From: Ascoidea asiatica JCM 7603
Lineage: Eukaryota; Fungi; Ascomycota
Length of the DNA stretch: 64,000 nucleotides
Reading direction: 5' to 3'
NCBI GenBank assembly: GCA_001600695.1
Contig: BCKQ01000003.1
Location: 433,423 to 497,422, forward strand
The notes beneath the pieces were generated by a model that was not told where the DNA came from, made no database searches, and worked only from the letters and a program-made list of their open reading frames with translations. The position numbers and the translations under genes were made by a program. How positions within the stretch are numbered: position 1 is the first letter of the stretch; each line of letters starts with the position of its first letter. Shown here in pieces: positions 34,905-47,160 of this stretch.

Positions 34905-37089
34905 TAGTAACTCAATATCAAAAAATTTAAATAAAAATTCAATTTTTGCAAATATTAGTTCTCTAAATTTCTCAAATTACAACATTAATAATAATGCAAT
35001 TTCACTTGCAAATAAAAAGAAGCATACCTTAGATGAAGTAGATTTATCAAGTTTTTCATATCCAACTAATAATAATTTAAATAGAATAAAATCACCTAGA
35101 TTGAATATAACAGAATCATCAATCAATGTAATTAACTCTCCACTAATAATTCCTTCTTTTGAATCTTCTTCTCCATCTTCTTTAGATGAACTTGAACCAG
35201 ATGATCAACCAAAAAACAATGGAGCTAATTCAAATAAAAATAGTGGAAACAGCAGTGCACAAAACAGTTTGAAAAACAGTCCAAACAAACTTTTAGCTAA
35301 GGAAACTGATCATAAAGCTAAAAATCCAGATGTTTATAATCAAAAAAATAATAGTAATATATTCAGTGATGATAAAGATATTGAAAATGACGATTTTGAT
35401 CAATGGGCTTTAGATGCAGAACAGAGTGCAACTGTCACAACTTTAGTGCCAGACAAACCAAAAGTGAATTCAGCTTTCTACCCTTCCACATTGTTATATC
35501 AACAACAACTTCCAAATGCAAATGATAGTTTCGATCCACTAATCAAAAAATCTTTCGATGATGTATTTTCATTTTGTATGAATGAAAATAATCTTAACAG
35601 TCGTAGTAACGAATTCAATAGTGATAATTTTTCGAACTTCAGTTCATTTCTTGAAAAGGTAGTTCCAGATATCGAGAGCTCCTCAAGTATGACTAATTGT
35701 TCTCAAAATAATAATCAACAACAAGCTTTAATTAGGCTATTGAATAATTATTTACCTTTATATCAATCACCAAATATAAGCTTACCGATGGTTATAAATA
35801 ATAAGGAAATGTCTTACTTTGAATACTATTGTAATTCAGTTGCATCTACAATTTCAATTGTACCAAAGGAGTCTAATTATTTTTTAAAATTATTTTTACC
35901 TATGGCTCTAAAAGAAAAATCTATTTTATATTGTTTAATAGCCTGGGGATCCATATTTGAACAACTGCATGAAACTAAAAGAGAAGCACAATTAACCCAA
36001 TTGAAACAATTAGGCAACCAACGAGATGATAATAATAGTAATAATAATAATCTTGATTTATTTGATCCTAATTTAGATTTGAATAAACAAGTAAGTTATA
36101 ATACTGAAGGAGATATTTTCATTCAGAAAGCTATTTCCATAATCAATCAAATGCAAACCAATGAATATTCTAATCTACAAAAATTAACTAATAGAACATT
36201 TATAACATGTCTTAGCTGTTATATGATATTGGTTTGTATTAAAATATCAACTGGAGATACACATGCTTGGGCTAAATTTCTCAATGATTGCTTTTTTATG
36301 ATAAATAAGATGGGAGGATTTAGTATATTAAAAACTTTTTCTAATGAAGGTAAAATTTTAGCAGAAAATTTTGCTTATTTTGATATTCTAGCTTCACAAT
36401 CCAACGAAAATGGTACATATTATCCAATTGAGCAATATTATGATTTAGTCAACATGAGAAATGATTTCACTGTGATTGATTCATTACAGGGATGTATTAA
36501 AAATCTTATTTTAATTTTGGGAGCAGTTATCAATTTAAATGTTCAGCTAAAATTATTGCAAAGTTATGAGGATCCAAATTTCAAAAGCTTTGATCAATTG
36601 AATAATATATTAAAAAGAGCAGCTTCTTACGATTTACAAACAGAAAACTGTAAACCTGACCTAAGGGAGTTTAAGTCGTTCACAAAACAAAAGGATATAG
36701 ATAATCACCTAAAGCTATTCGAACTATATCAAATAACCATACGGCTTTATATTAGACAAAGTATAAGAAAGTTGCCTCCAATTGTACCTGAGATTCAGAT
36801 AATGTTATATAAAATGAACAGACTTCTAAACGAACTAATTGATACACCAGTAAGAAGTTCCTTATGCTTTCCAATGTTGATAAGTGGATTAAATTCTGTG
36901 ACTAATAAGGATAGAAAAGAGGTTATTGATAAATTTAATAAACTAGTTAAAAATTACGAATTTGAGAGTATAAAAAAGGCATGGATTATCATTCAAGAAG
37001 TTTGGAAACTTAATAATAACGGGAATATCTGTGTTGATTGGTATAAAATTACAAAGAAATTTGGATGGAGATTAAATCTTGGACGTTAA
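34426..37089 (+). CDS. Zn(II)2Cys6 transcription factor with Fungal_trans_2-type domain (Uga3-like)
   Basis: [35 protein letters not shown] zinc cluster; NYFLKLFLPMA, ISTGDT, ENFAYFDILAS, FPMLISG and CVDWYKITKKFGWRLNLGR. Confidence 0.92.
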
Positions 37090-37802
37090 AATTTTGTGTA
37101 AATCAGCAAATAGCTCTGTAAAATTTCTACCAAACAATTAACCAGATCAATGGCAGCTTGGTCATAAATGCTACCCTAACTTTTAATTTCATTTTTTCCA
37201 TAATGTACTTATTTCTTTAATTTAAACAAATATTTTCATATTTTTTTCTCTTTAAACATTAGGTTCGGTTTTAAAAAAAATTATTTAGTTATTTTTCATT
37301 TTCCATATGCTTTAGTATCTTCTTTTTTTTCTTTCTGTAAGTTCTATTCCATAAATTATTCTTCTTTTTTGATTTCACTGTTATAATATATTTGTAAATC
37401 AATCATTTTATTGCAAATTTTTCACTGAAAAACAATTTATTCAGAAAACTGGATAAGACAAAAATTATAGTACTATCTGAAACCATTTATATCTTTAACA
37501 ATTGAAAATTGAAAAACCAACCTTTACTAAAAAAACATCAAGCGCTAGTATTAATATAGTGCAGTAAGTACATTGAATGAAAGGCTTTGTAATAATCATA
37601 TAGTCTAAAGGCGATATCTATTAGTGTTGTAATATTCTTCTGGGATATTTATAGTTTCTTATCAATAACATTTATCTATTTTTCTTTGTTTTTTAGGACA
37701 ATTGTCCACCTATCTAGACAAATATGAATGTACAATCTCCTACAATTAGAAACCATTATAAAATTAATTTATAATGCTCAATCAATTTCAATCCTTTTAA
37801 CA

Positions 37803-38025
37803 TAGTGTTAAAATTTTCGACTTCCTAAAGGTTGATCTACCTAAACTGAAATTTAACATAAAGCTGAAACTTATAATTCTGTTTTGGTTTATAATATAGC
37901 CGATAGAATTAGATTAGTCTCACACTGTGTCTTTTAAATTTTCCTAACCTAACCTGAAAAAGTTAGGATTTATAGTCCAATTTTCAAAAAGTTAGGTTAG
38001 GATCAAACCTAACTTTTAAACACTA
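37803..38025. mobile_element. Putative hAT-like MITE (223 bp)
   Basis: Termini TAGTGTTAAAA (37803-37813) and TTTTAAACACTA (38014-38025) are inverted; repeated CCTAAC/GTTAGG subterminal motifs in both orientations. The 8-bp TSD is not convincingly preserved. Confidence 0.5.
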
Positions 38026-40008
38026 CTCACACACAACACCTTTGTTGATTATGTAAGCAGTTTGTAAAGTACCATAGATCCCATCGTGAATGGAGTGTTT
38101 TGGGCCCTGCTTACATAATTAATGAAACAGATAATACTACCATATAAAATAATTTATAAAAAAATAAAATATGAAATAGTATTATTTGAGTCTGTTGCAG
38201 ATAGTAGCGAAGATAAGCAAAAAGAATGAAAACAAAAAACAAAAAAAATAAAAGAACACAAGTATTTATATATATAAAAAAATAACGTTTTGGTCATGTG
38301 GAATAAAAGCCTAAACAAAAAACAAAAATTCAAATAAGTTAGAGCTATAATGCAAAAGTTGACATATAAAGTGAAAGCTAAAGGTGAAACAAATAATTGA
38401 AACACATAATAAAAACTGAACAAACAGTAAAAATTGAAACACATAGTAAAAATTGAAATACATACTATTAAGACACATATGAAAAATTAAAACAAAGAGA
38501 AAAAATTAAAACAAATAATTTGAACAGATAATAAAAATTAAAACAAATTTTAAATCACGTGACAAAAAAGCATATTACGTTGGAAAGGCTATGTGTAAAA
38601 CGTTTAAAATAATAGATAATAAAACTGGTGTCAAAAATAGTACTAGTAGTATTTCTGTCAACAGCCCTCAGAATTGGTCCGGCATGAAGACTTTTCGTTA
38701 TGTGACTGCCGTTTTGTAATGAAACGTTTTGTGTCTGACATCTCGACCAACGCCCATGAATTTACTCCAAACTGTTGCAGCAAATAGAACAAACAAATAA
38801 TTCAGATACTTTTCAAATGATTAAAATCTTTTACGCTTTATCTTACAAGCTAAACTTTACATATTTCTCTAATTGAACTCACTTAATCTTATTGTTAGAT
38901 GTTTTCGTGTAAGCGGGGACTTTACATATAATTTAGTAAGATATATAAGCGATTACCAACATTTAAAGAAGCCTCAACATAATATCCAATTTACTAGAAT
39001 TTTCTGAAAGCTGCAGATAATAGAAACGCCTAGCCATACAACTATCTTTGACAATAACAAGTTTCGTTTTAAATGCAATTGGCATAAATCGGAAAAAAGA
39101 ACTTCAAACACAAAATTTATAAATTGCACAAATTAAATTTCTAAAAATCCCTCCCTAGACATTAACCTGGCATCTGCAAATTTAGCCACTATTAATACAA
39201 TTCTTGGAACTGGTACGGCTGAATTTCTACTTTGTTTTATTTTATGTCCGGTTTTGTTAACAGATTTCTAAGTTGCGACTAAGAGTTTATTTTTTCTTTG
39301 AAGCTTCACTAAAAGTTAGATGTAAATGTTTACTATCATTGCAATTTAAATGCAGGCTAATACTCACAGTTTGAATATGAGTTAGATTTTGGCGTAAACT
39401 TTTATTTTGTGTAAGATGATCACTAAAAAGTTGCTTTTGCCTCCCGATGCATGAAGTTTAATATGAAGATTTTGACCCATTTTATGATTCCATTGTGGCG
39501 TGATACTGCTAATTTTTTTAGAGCCGGATTGTAACTAAGGTTTTGAGTTCCACTAATAAAATTGATAAATGTTGACTCATTTATTGAGTTTGGCATTTAT
39601 TCCTTTTCTTTCCTTATGATATTGGTTTCGTTCTTGAGAAATTTATGTTATGTTTTTAATTGTTTGACCTGTTCTATTAGGGATTCTAACTCAACAAGTA
39701 AATTGAGTTTATTTGAGTTGAGTTTCTGTTTATTACCATTTTTATTTTATTTCAATTATTGTGATGCATACACCTTTTGAAATCTTTGTCTGCCCATTGT
39801 TTTGAAAATGGAAACCTTACTAGCATCTAGTAATTTTGAATCCCTTTTTGCAACCTGTGAAATGGTAAACTCTACCATAGATACCAAGAATTATTTTTAG
39901 CTTCCATTGTGGACGCATAAAAGCTAACCTAATTCATTAACTTTTCGACTTCTTCGATTGGGACAACAGCACGAAGATTAAGCTCTTTAAAATGTTTTTT
40001 TTAGCTGG

Positions 40009-42596
40009 TCAGAACTGTTCTCTTAGTGGGGATTTCAAATATAAGAAACTGTAGTTATTGGAATCGCCAGCACATTCATTTAGTCGTTTTTGGATAAGAG
40101 TTTTTATTTGATTTAATGTCGTATCTATAAACTCGTAGTAAGAGTAAAGTAAGTTACTATTATTTGTATATTTTCTTCTAGATAAAATATCAACTATAGT
40201 GTCCTGGTCTATAAATTCAAAGATATACTTATCGCTGCTTATCTCAATGCTGTTTTCCAAATTTGGGTTCAATTTACCATTTCCTATTAATCTCAGCACG
40301 TAGTGTAATAGGCAGGGATTTGCCTTACTGACAGTATTTACTTTGAGATGTTTTTTTATTAGACCAAGAGTAACTGTCAAATTGTTTATCGGATTTTCTT
40401 TTCTTATTGTCTCACTATCGAGTGGCAAATACCCACACTTTTTAAAAGACTTGACAATGGATTCTGATTTGATTTTTGATCTTGTAACATTGAGCAAATT
40501 TAGAAATTGTATTTTTTTGTCAGAATCTGCTAATGAGTTATAATTTTGTGCTACCTTACCCCTGCATGCCTTTAGAACATGGAAGTAATTAACGTCCAGT
40601 GGTTGCAAGAAACCGGAGCTATGAGGTGGTAATAATAGTAAGATTATATTTTCGGAGAGGGCAAGATCAATAATGGAAATTGTAATATGGCTTCTATGTG
40701 CATCAGATAAAAGGAGATTGTGATTAGACTCTTCCACAAGAGTTCTCTTTTTAGCTGCATTAATAAATCAACAAACCATTGAACATATATATTGGTTGTG
40801 ATAAAGCCTGATTTTGTTTTATGTATTTTCCACCCCGAAGACGATAAAAACAGCTTTACATTATTTTGAATTCTCATATTAGTCGAGTTATTTTTAAATA
40901 TAAAGTGGGGTGCAACCTGAAAGCCATCAGCGGCAATCGCGTCTATAACAGTTGTAATGGATTCTTGAGGTATAACGGTAGATAACGATATATTGGGTCA
41001 GAATCATTTATGGCTACTATCCATTTTAATTACCCTCTCGTCAACATTATATGTTGGAAATAATAGACATCTATATATGCTAGGGCATATATTGGTACTA
41101 ACACCATAGGTGGTGAAGGTCTAAAAGACACGTATCTATAGTAAACGTAAAAGAATTATGTATTATATAATGTGTTTACCCTATGTATAATTATGCATAC
41201 AGATTCATAATTAGGCATAAATATACATATTGTTGCATAAAGTTGCATTAAGTTGCATCAAGAATACATCAATTTACATGACCTTGCATGAGTCTGTGTA
41301 CAGGTACACAGATAGTCGGATATTATGTGATATTCCAGTCACATGTCATAGGTCCTGTGTGCTTACGTTAGGTATAGGGTACAAAGTAGAAAAGACCTTG
41401 AGATTGGTACCAGCCATAGTCGTACAACCTTTAACAGCATATTAACGCTAAGCCACTCGGTACGAGGAGAATTAAAGAGGAGTTAGGATTTAGCATCTAT
41501 CCGGATAGAAGTTAAATCCGTAAGACCAATCGGATCCAGGCAGGGACGCCTTCTGGATGGCTGGATGGCTGGATTGGCTAAGCCTAGTTTCATGTGAGAT
41601 AAGGTATAATTCTCACTGCGTATACCAAATTGTCTCGGAGTAAACAGGAGACTAGAGGAGATAGTCCGGTAAGGGATCTATTCCGAGTACGGATTCGGGA
41701 TCAAAGACTATTCCTGGCAATTAGTGCGATTATCTACCCCACTGGAAACTGGGCTGATTGGTTTTACTATGGTAAAATTGAAATGTGAATTTCAGTTGAT
41801 TTCTAATCAAGTTTTCAACCTTTTTTACAAGGTAAACTTGATTCCCACCCTGATTCTACGAAGGAATCCTGGGACTTTTGGGAATTCCCAAGAATTCTCA
41901 ATAGTTCTGCGGGACCCCGTAGGAATCCTGAATTAATATAAAAGGAATCGATTTCCTCTTATTTTTTTATATAATTTATTTGGTTTTCTTTTTAGATCAT
42001 CTATTAGCACGAGTTAATTGATTAATACATAGTTTGTAAGTACGTAAAATTTATATATTCGATTTTGTAAAATGAATGAAAATTCACAACATTATAGAGG
42101 TTTTCAGCCATTCTATTAAATTCACCAAAAAAGCCATTAATGTCAGAATAAAATGATGCAATTTGTTGTTCATTGATTTATCTAAATCGTTTTCTATAGC
42201 GAATGACTGTGCTACCCTTTTGAACTGCTTATTATTTTTATAGACAATACCAATAACCTTTTTTTCTTTTATTTCCGATGTCCAGCCTTTCGCCTCCCAA
42301 AGACATTTAACTAACGCCATTGTATCGGATAGTGTTAAAAACTTGTTGAAATTTTCAAAACAGTTTATAACATCCTTCAAATACTTTGCTTGATGGTCTT
42401 TTATTTTCTTTTAACTATTGGGTTTATCTCTAATTGTCGGGGCGTCTAGAAATTTTAATTTTTTGAAAAATGTGCAGCTACTTAACCCATATTTATTGAT
42501 AACCTCTACTGGTTTTTGTTTGTTACCATTCGGTACTGGTTGACGGTACTCTGCTATAGCTTTTTTGTAATTACTTTCTCGTTCCTCTAAGTTCAT
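40009..42596 (-). pseudogene. DDE_1 (DD35D) transposase pseudogene
   Basis: N-terminal HTH-like MNLEERESNYKKAIAEY...KYGLS; catalytic YNVDE (~41036-41050), LLLSDAHRSH and LPPHSSGFLQPLDV with 35 residues between the last two Asp. Broken by stops, frameshifts and an LTR insertion. Confidence 0.9.
41052..42091 (+). mobile_element. Solo LTR (1040 bp) inserted in the transposase
   Basis: TGTTG...CAACA termini, perfect 5-bp TSD TTATA (41047-41051 / 42092-42096), TATA-like TATAAAAGG near 41937, homologous to 60697-61719. Confidence 0.95.
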
Positions 42597-43074
42597 GATT
42601 AATTTTTGAAATCTGGTTTTATTGTAATTGAAGTAGTTGTTTATTATGAAACAAGTTTGTTTTCTAAACAATAAATGATTTATCTTTTTCTAAATACTGA
42701 CGAATTAGGTGAATCTCGGATAGAATTTAAATTGTAGTTGGGAGGGTTTTTGAAAATTTATTAGTTACTTTTTGAATAGTTATGTATATTTCAAAGCTCT
42801 CACCATTCAAGTACCTGACGCGTCTACGAGTACTTGTCGAATAAAATAATATTACGTGTTTAGCCCTTCAGTTTTTGATTTTATTCAAAGTTTCTGCTGC
42901 GACGCGTGACTGATTATTCCTCCATTCACAACGAATTCTGAGGGCCCAAAACACTCCTTTCACCAGGGACCTATGGTAGATAATGATTTTGGTATTAAGA
43001 TAATTGTTTATGAGCATAAGTTCATTGGTGAAAATTACGAAAAACCTGGTTCTGTGTGTGTAAAACCTAGATTA

Positions 43075-43896
43075 GGTTGTGATTGTAGTTCGAACGAAAT
43101 ATCAAATTATTACTAAGAAGATATCTAATTCGAATTATAAACTATTGTTAATTAACATATCAAAATATATAGAAATTATATAAAAAATATTGGAGCTAGC
43201 TGCCCTATTTATATTAGTGGAAAATAGGAGCGGGTAACCCATCTTAAGAATAATAGTGTAAAATTAGTATTTGAAAGCTCACTTCCCATACTTACGGAAA
43301 GATATAGAGTAAAGTTCTGTTCTAGATGACACTACGCCATTCTGAGAACAAATAAGTAGATTCCAGTACATTCGAGAAAAACACGGAACTTCGAAGAAAC
43401 AATAAATATTGCAGTCCCAGAACGTTCCAGTGCATTTAAGATGCACAAGGAAGTTCTAAAAACGCAATAGAAGGTAGTGATGGAACAATCTATGTAATCT
43501 TGGAAACTCTAAGAATAGCCTAGAATATTAGTCGACAATTCTTATAAAAGAATAAAATGATTAACAATCCCTACTACAACTCTAATTGATTTGTCCGCAT
43601 TACCAATTCGCGGACCAAAATTTAAAGTTTCCCGGCTTCACGAGTAATGGAACAAAACATTTAGTATCGTGAGAAAGTTCTGGGTGCCAAATGACAATTT
43701 CTGGGTACTTTGTAATAATTACAAAGTTATTAAGAAATACCTAAACGGTATTCTGCCGTTCTGTACAAAAGTAAATGTTGTTATCAAATAAGTAGCTATG
43801 ATAAAAACTTTGTACGAATTACTCTGAGCGCACTACAGCACGATCGTTTGTCTGATGATGCTTCTCTATGGAGAATTTAGCAGAGGATATAAAGTT
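43075..43896 (-). mobile_element. Degenerate/truncated LTR-like segment of a related family
   Basis: Starts GGTTGTGA (cf. TGTTGTGA at 60697), has similarly placed AAATTATATAA and TTTATATTA motifs, and 43849-43896 is directly homologous to LTR sequence 46826-46871. Boundaries approximate. Confidence 0.4.
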
Positions 43897-44244
43897 AACA
43901 AATGATTTTGTTCCTAATGGGATTATATTTCTTCCACTAATTGTCTTCTTTGTTACAAAATGATAAGGTATATCATTAATGATTTGTTTATACCTATTAG
44001 TAGCCCTCATTATAGTTCACTCTAAACAGAATAAAAACCAATGCGCTGGTAATGAAGCATGTGTTGGAAATACTAGAGATCTATATATGGTAGGGCATAT
44101 TTTAGTACTAACAGCATAGCTGGTGAAGGTCTAAACGACACGTACCTGTAATAGAGGTGACAGAGTCATATATTATATATAAACTTTATATCCTATGTTC
44201 GATTCTCCATAGAGAAGCATGATCAGACATACATATATATTGTC
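43894..44244 (+). repeat. Inverted repeat, left arm (partner 46811-47160)
   Basis: 43914-44177 is the exact reverse complement of 46877-47140 (264 bp, compared by eye); imperfect extensions on both sides. Confidence 0.95.
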
Positions 44245-44249
44245 CAATA

Positions 44250-44600
44250 CTTAAAAGGGTGGCAAACAAAAACTTCCAAGAAGATTGACAGATATGACTG
44301 CTACTCCAATAAGCTTCTTTAGAATCTCATGAGAAATTGCTAGGAACCTTTGCATTATAAACATAATCTAAATCATTTGAGAATTTCCCGAGACAATCAG
44401 TAATCTTTTTAGTAATAACATTGACATCAGAATTGGAATTTGAATGTTGAAAAGCAGAAGTATCAGTTGGAATTAATCTAGTTTGAATTAAACTAATAAG
44501 ATTCAACGGAGCTTGATTATAATCTATTACAGTTGGAGTAACAGGAGATGAAGAAGCATTTTGCACTTGAAAGTTAGTCATAAGAAGATTCAATTCCTTA
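44250..44600 (-). pseudogene. Possible retrotransposon gag-like relic
   Basis: Protein-like reading frame (ORF 44327-44593, continuing past a stop) among LTR relics; no diagnostic motif. Confidence 0.25.
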
Positions 44601-46232
44601 ATGTGGGTTAGGCATGATAAATAACTAATTGAAGATTAAATATTAATATGTGAAGATGGTTAATAAAAATTTTATCATTAAGTATATGAAAGATAATTCG
44701 TTGAGAATTGGAAGGATTAATTCAATTACAACTTTGAAGATTTTATGTGACACAATAAAATTAGATAGATGCAGTAACAGGGAATTGTGAATGAATTATT
44801 AATGAACGAGTCAGTTAGAATGATTGTAGTTGGATTTGAAAAATATTTTAATATTTTTAATAGTGGGAAATGCTGTTTCATAACAGTAAATATTTTCATA
44901 AAATAACGTCCTGAAATTATTGGTTATGAACACAGTTCTTACGACTTTTGTTTTATTTTCTGTAAATGTCACCAAAAATGATTAACAAAACTACTATATG
45001 CTTTAGTTGTTTTAGTTTAAATTTAAACTATGAGAAAATAGTTAATTTTAATCAGGAAAAACAAAGAATTGATCAATTAGTAGATAAATAATAAATTCAA
45101 GGCACTGGTATATGTCAGGGAATGTGATTAGGGATTACAAATAGAAAATTTCAGTTGACCAGTAAAATAGATGGGAGTCTAACCGTACGACTTTTATGTA
45201 CTCTTCAAACTCGGTAACCCATACTCAGAGACATACCTTTCTTTAAATATTCATATCACAATCTTATATACACCGTCATAGAACACTAATTCAATTATTA
45301 AAACCATATAGTAAAAATTTGCCACCGAGAGGCTTTGCAGAACTGGCTGGTGAATAGACCGTGAGTATTGTAGACATCAGCACCAAGGTTCTCATGCATT
45401 AGAGAATTATTACTGTCATGTGAGTCTAATAAAATTTGAAATTTTACAACTTTTAAAAGTAAATAATAAAGGAACTGATAAACTAATAAAAGTAAAATTA
45501 CTTTGTAACTTGATTTATTTTATTAAACCAATAGCAAAGCAATTAAAGAAGAAATCAATAAGCAATTGTTGACTTCTTTGTTTTGAAAAGGATATTTTTT
45601 TTTTTTATGTATTTGTTGGTTGATTTAACTCAGTTATCTTCACAATTTGTGGAGGATTAATCTTTAATTTAAGAATTTGAAATTGGTTTTGAGTTCAATA
45701 CCAATATGATTAAAATTTATTGAAGTCTAATTTTTAATTCAATAATTGCAATTGATTTTGACTTGACTACCAATATGATTACTATTTCCAATTTATTGAG
45801 TTTTAATTTCATGAATATGCATTGAATTAAAATAAGTTTATTAGTTTATAAAATATTAATTGGATTGAATTTCAATTTTATGAGTATTATTGATGGATTA
45901 TCCTTTTGACTGTGTAATAAATAAAAGGTAATTTCAAATGAAGTTGAAGAATTTTAAAGCACAAATTTTTCAAATAGATAAACTTTTTGAACCATTTTAA
46001 AATTCAAATAAAATCTACTAGAATATTAGTAACGATAAACAAAAGAAACATGTAAATTTTAGCTAAAATCACCATCGATTTCCCAATTATTACTTAAAGT
46101 TTAATTAGAAATTTTGAGAAATATTTACAGCGATGAAGCAAGTAATGATGCTAATTTCTAATATCATTTAAATTAAGGATAATCAGCTTGACCTGTTTCT
46201 GAACCCGCAACAAGATCATAACCTTACATGGT

Positions 46233-46992
46233 TGTTGAAAAAGATCATAGATTCAACTCTATATAAAATTTAAAAGAGAAGAACAATTGAAGTTGTTGTA
46301 TGTTGCACTGACAGAATGAAAAGTTTGTCAGTGGAAAAAAGGGGTTGGCTCGGAACCTGTGTGAGTGTCTTCGGAAACCAGTGAACTTAATCATGGAGTC
46401 ACATCGTGTGGACAGCATGAGTCTGAATACGGATTCAGAAACCTTCAAGTATGGCATTCTTTTACACAAAAGAAGGCTTATGCAAAGCAACCAAACAGAA
46501 AGGGTCCCTGCGCCGATCCTACTGTCCTTGGGATTTAACATCTATCCGGTTAGGTGCTAAATCCTAACAGCTCTTTTTTTGCCGTATGGGCGAACTTAGC
46601 TTCAATGTGGGCTTGATGGTTTTGCGAGTATCGCTGATACTAAGCTCCGGATCTTTTCTCTTGTACACATCACCTTATGTAAGTCCACCTGTCCTATTCC
46701 ATGTTACTAGAATATCATATGATATGCGAATATGTGTGAAGCTCTTCCCGGATTGAAGCAAGGTCATGTGAATTAATGTATTCGCAAAGAAACTTAATAC
46801 AACTCTAATAGACAATAGATATGTATGTCTGATCATGCTGCTCTATAGAATCGAACATAGGATATAAAGTTTATTGTATAATATATGACTCTGTCACCTC
46901 TATTACAGGTACGTGTCGTTTAGACCTTCACCAGCTATGCTGTTAGTACTAAAATATGCCCTACCATATATAGATCTCTAGTATTTCCAACA
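46233..46992 (-). mobile_element. Solo LTR (760 bp), related subfamily
   Basis: TGTTG...CCAACA termini; its 5' ~500 bp aligns with the other two LTRs; imperfect TSD CATGG(T)/CATGC. Confidence 0.85.
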
Positions 46993-47160
46993 CATGCTTC
47001 ATTACCAGCGCATTGGTTTTTATTCTGTTTAGAGTGAACTATAATGAGGGCTACTAATAGGTATAAACAAATCATTAATGATATACCTTATCATTTTGTA
47101 ACAAAGAAGACAATTAGTGGAAGAAATATAATCCCATTAGCAGCAAAAGCATTTGTTAAC
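46811..47160 (-). repeat. Inverted repeat, right arm (partner 43894-44244)
   Basis: See left arm; spans the LTR end / integrase junction at 46992. Confidence 0.95.

Larger units (their letters stand above)
38072..42976 (-). mobile_element. pogo/Fot1-type (Tc1/mariner superfamily) DNA transposon, degenerate, both ends present
   Basis: Left TIR CCATAGATCCCATCGTGAATGGAGTGTTTTGGGCCCT (38072-38108); right TIR 42941-42976 reverse-complements to CCATAGGTCCCTGGTGAAAGGAGTGTTTTGGGCCCT. TA target duplications at 38070-38071 and 42977-42978. Confidence 0.92.

Noticed and set aside
38400-38563. Point centromere (CDEI GTCACGTG plus AT-rich CDEII-like tract on the minus strand)
   Set aside because: No CDEIII (TTCCGAA core) at a plausible distance, and the site lies inside a transposon subterminal region.
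41724-41936. 70-aa ORF conserved in both long LTRs (also 60847-61059)
   Set aside because: GTG start; 5 of the 8 differences between copies are non-synonymous, giving no sign of protein-level selection.
44921-44932. Ty5-type primer-binding site (TGGTTATGA...)
   Set aside because: Only a partial match and not adjacent to an LTR 3' end.
45165-45240. tRNA-like T-arm on the minus strand (GGTTAGACTCCC)
   Set aside because: The invariant TTC is broken and no cloverleaf can be built.
43894-47160. Mating-type flip/flop locus
   Set aside because: No MATa/MATalpha (HMG, homeodomain or alpha-box) genes or SLA2 recognised in or near the repeat.
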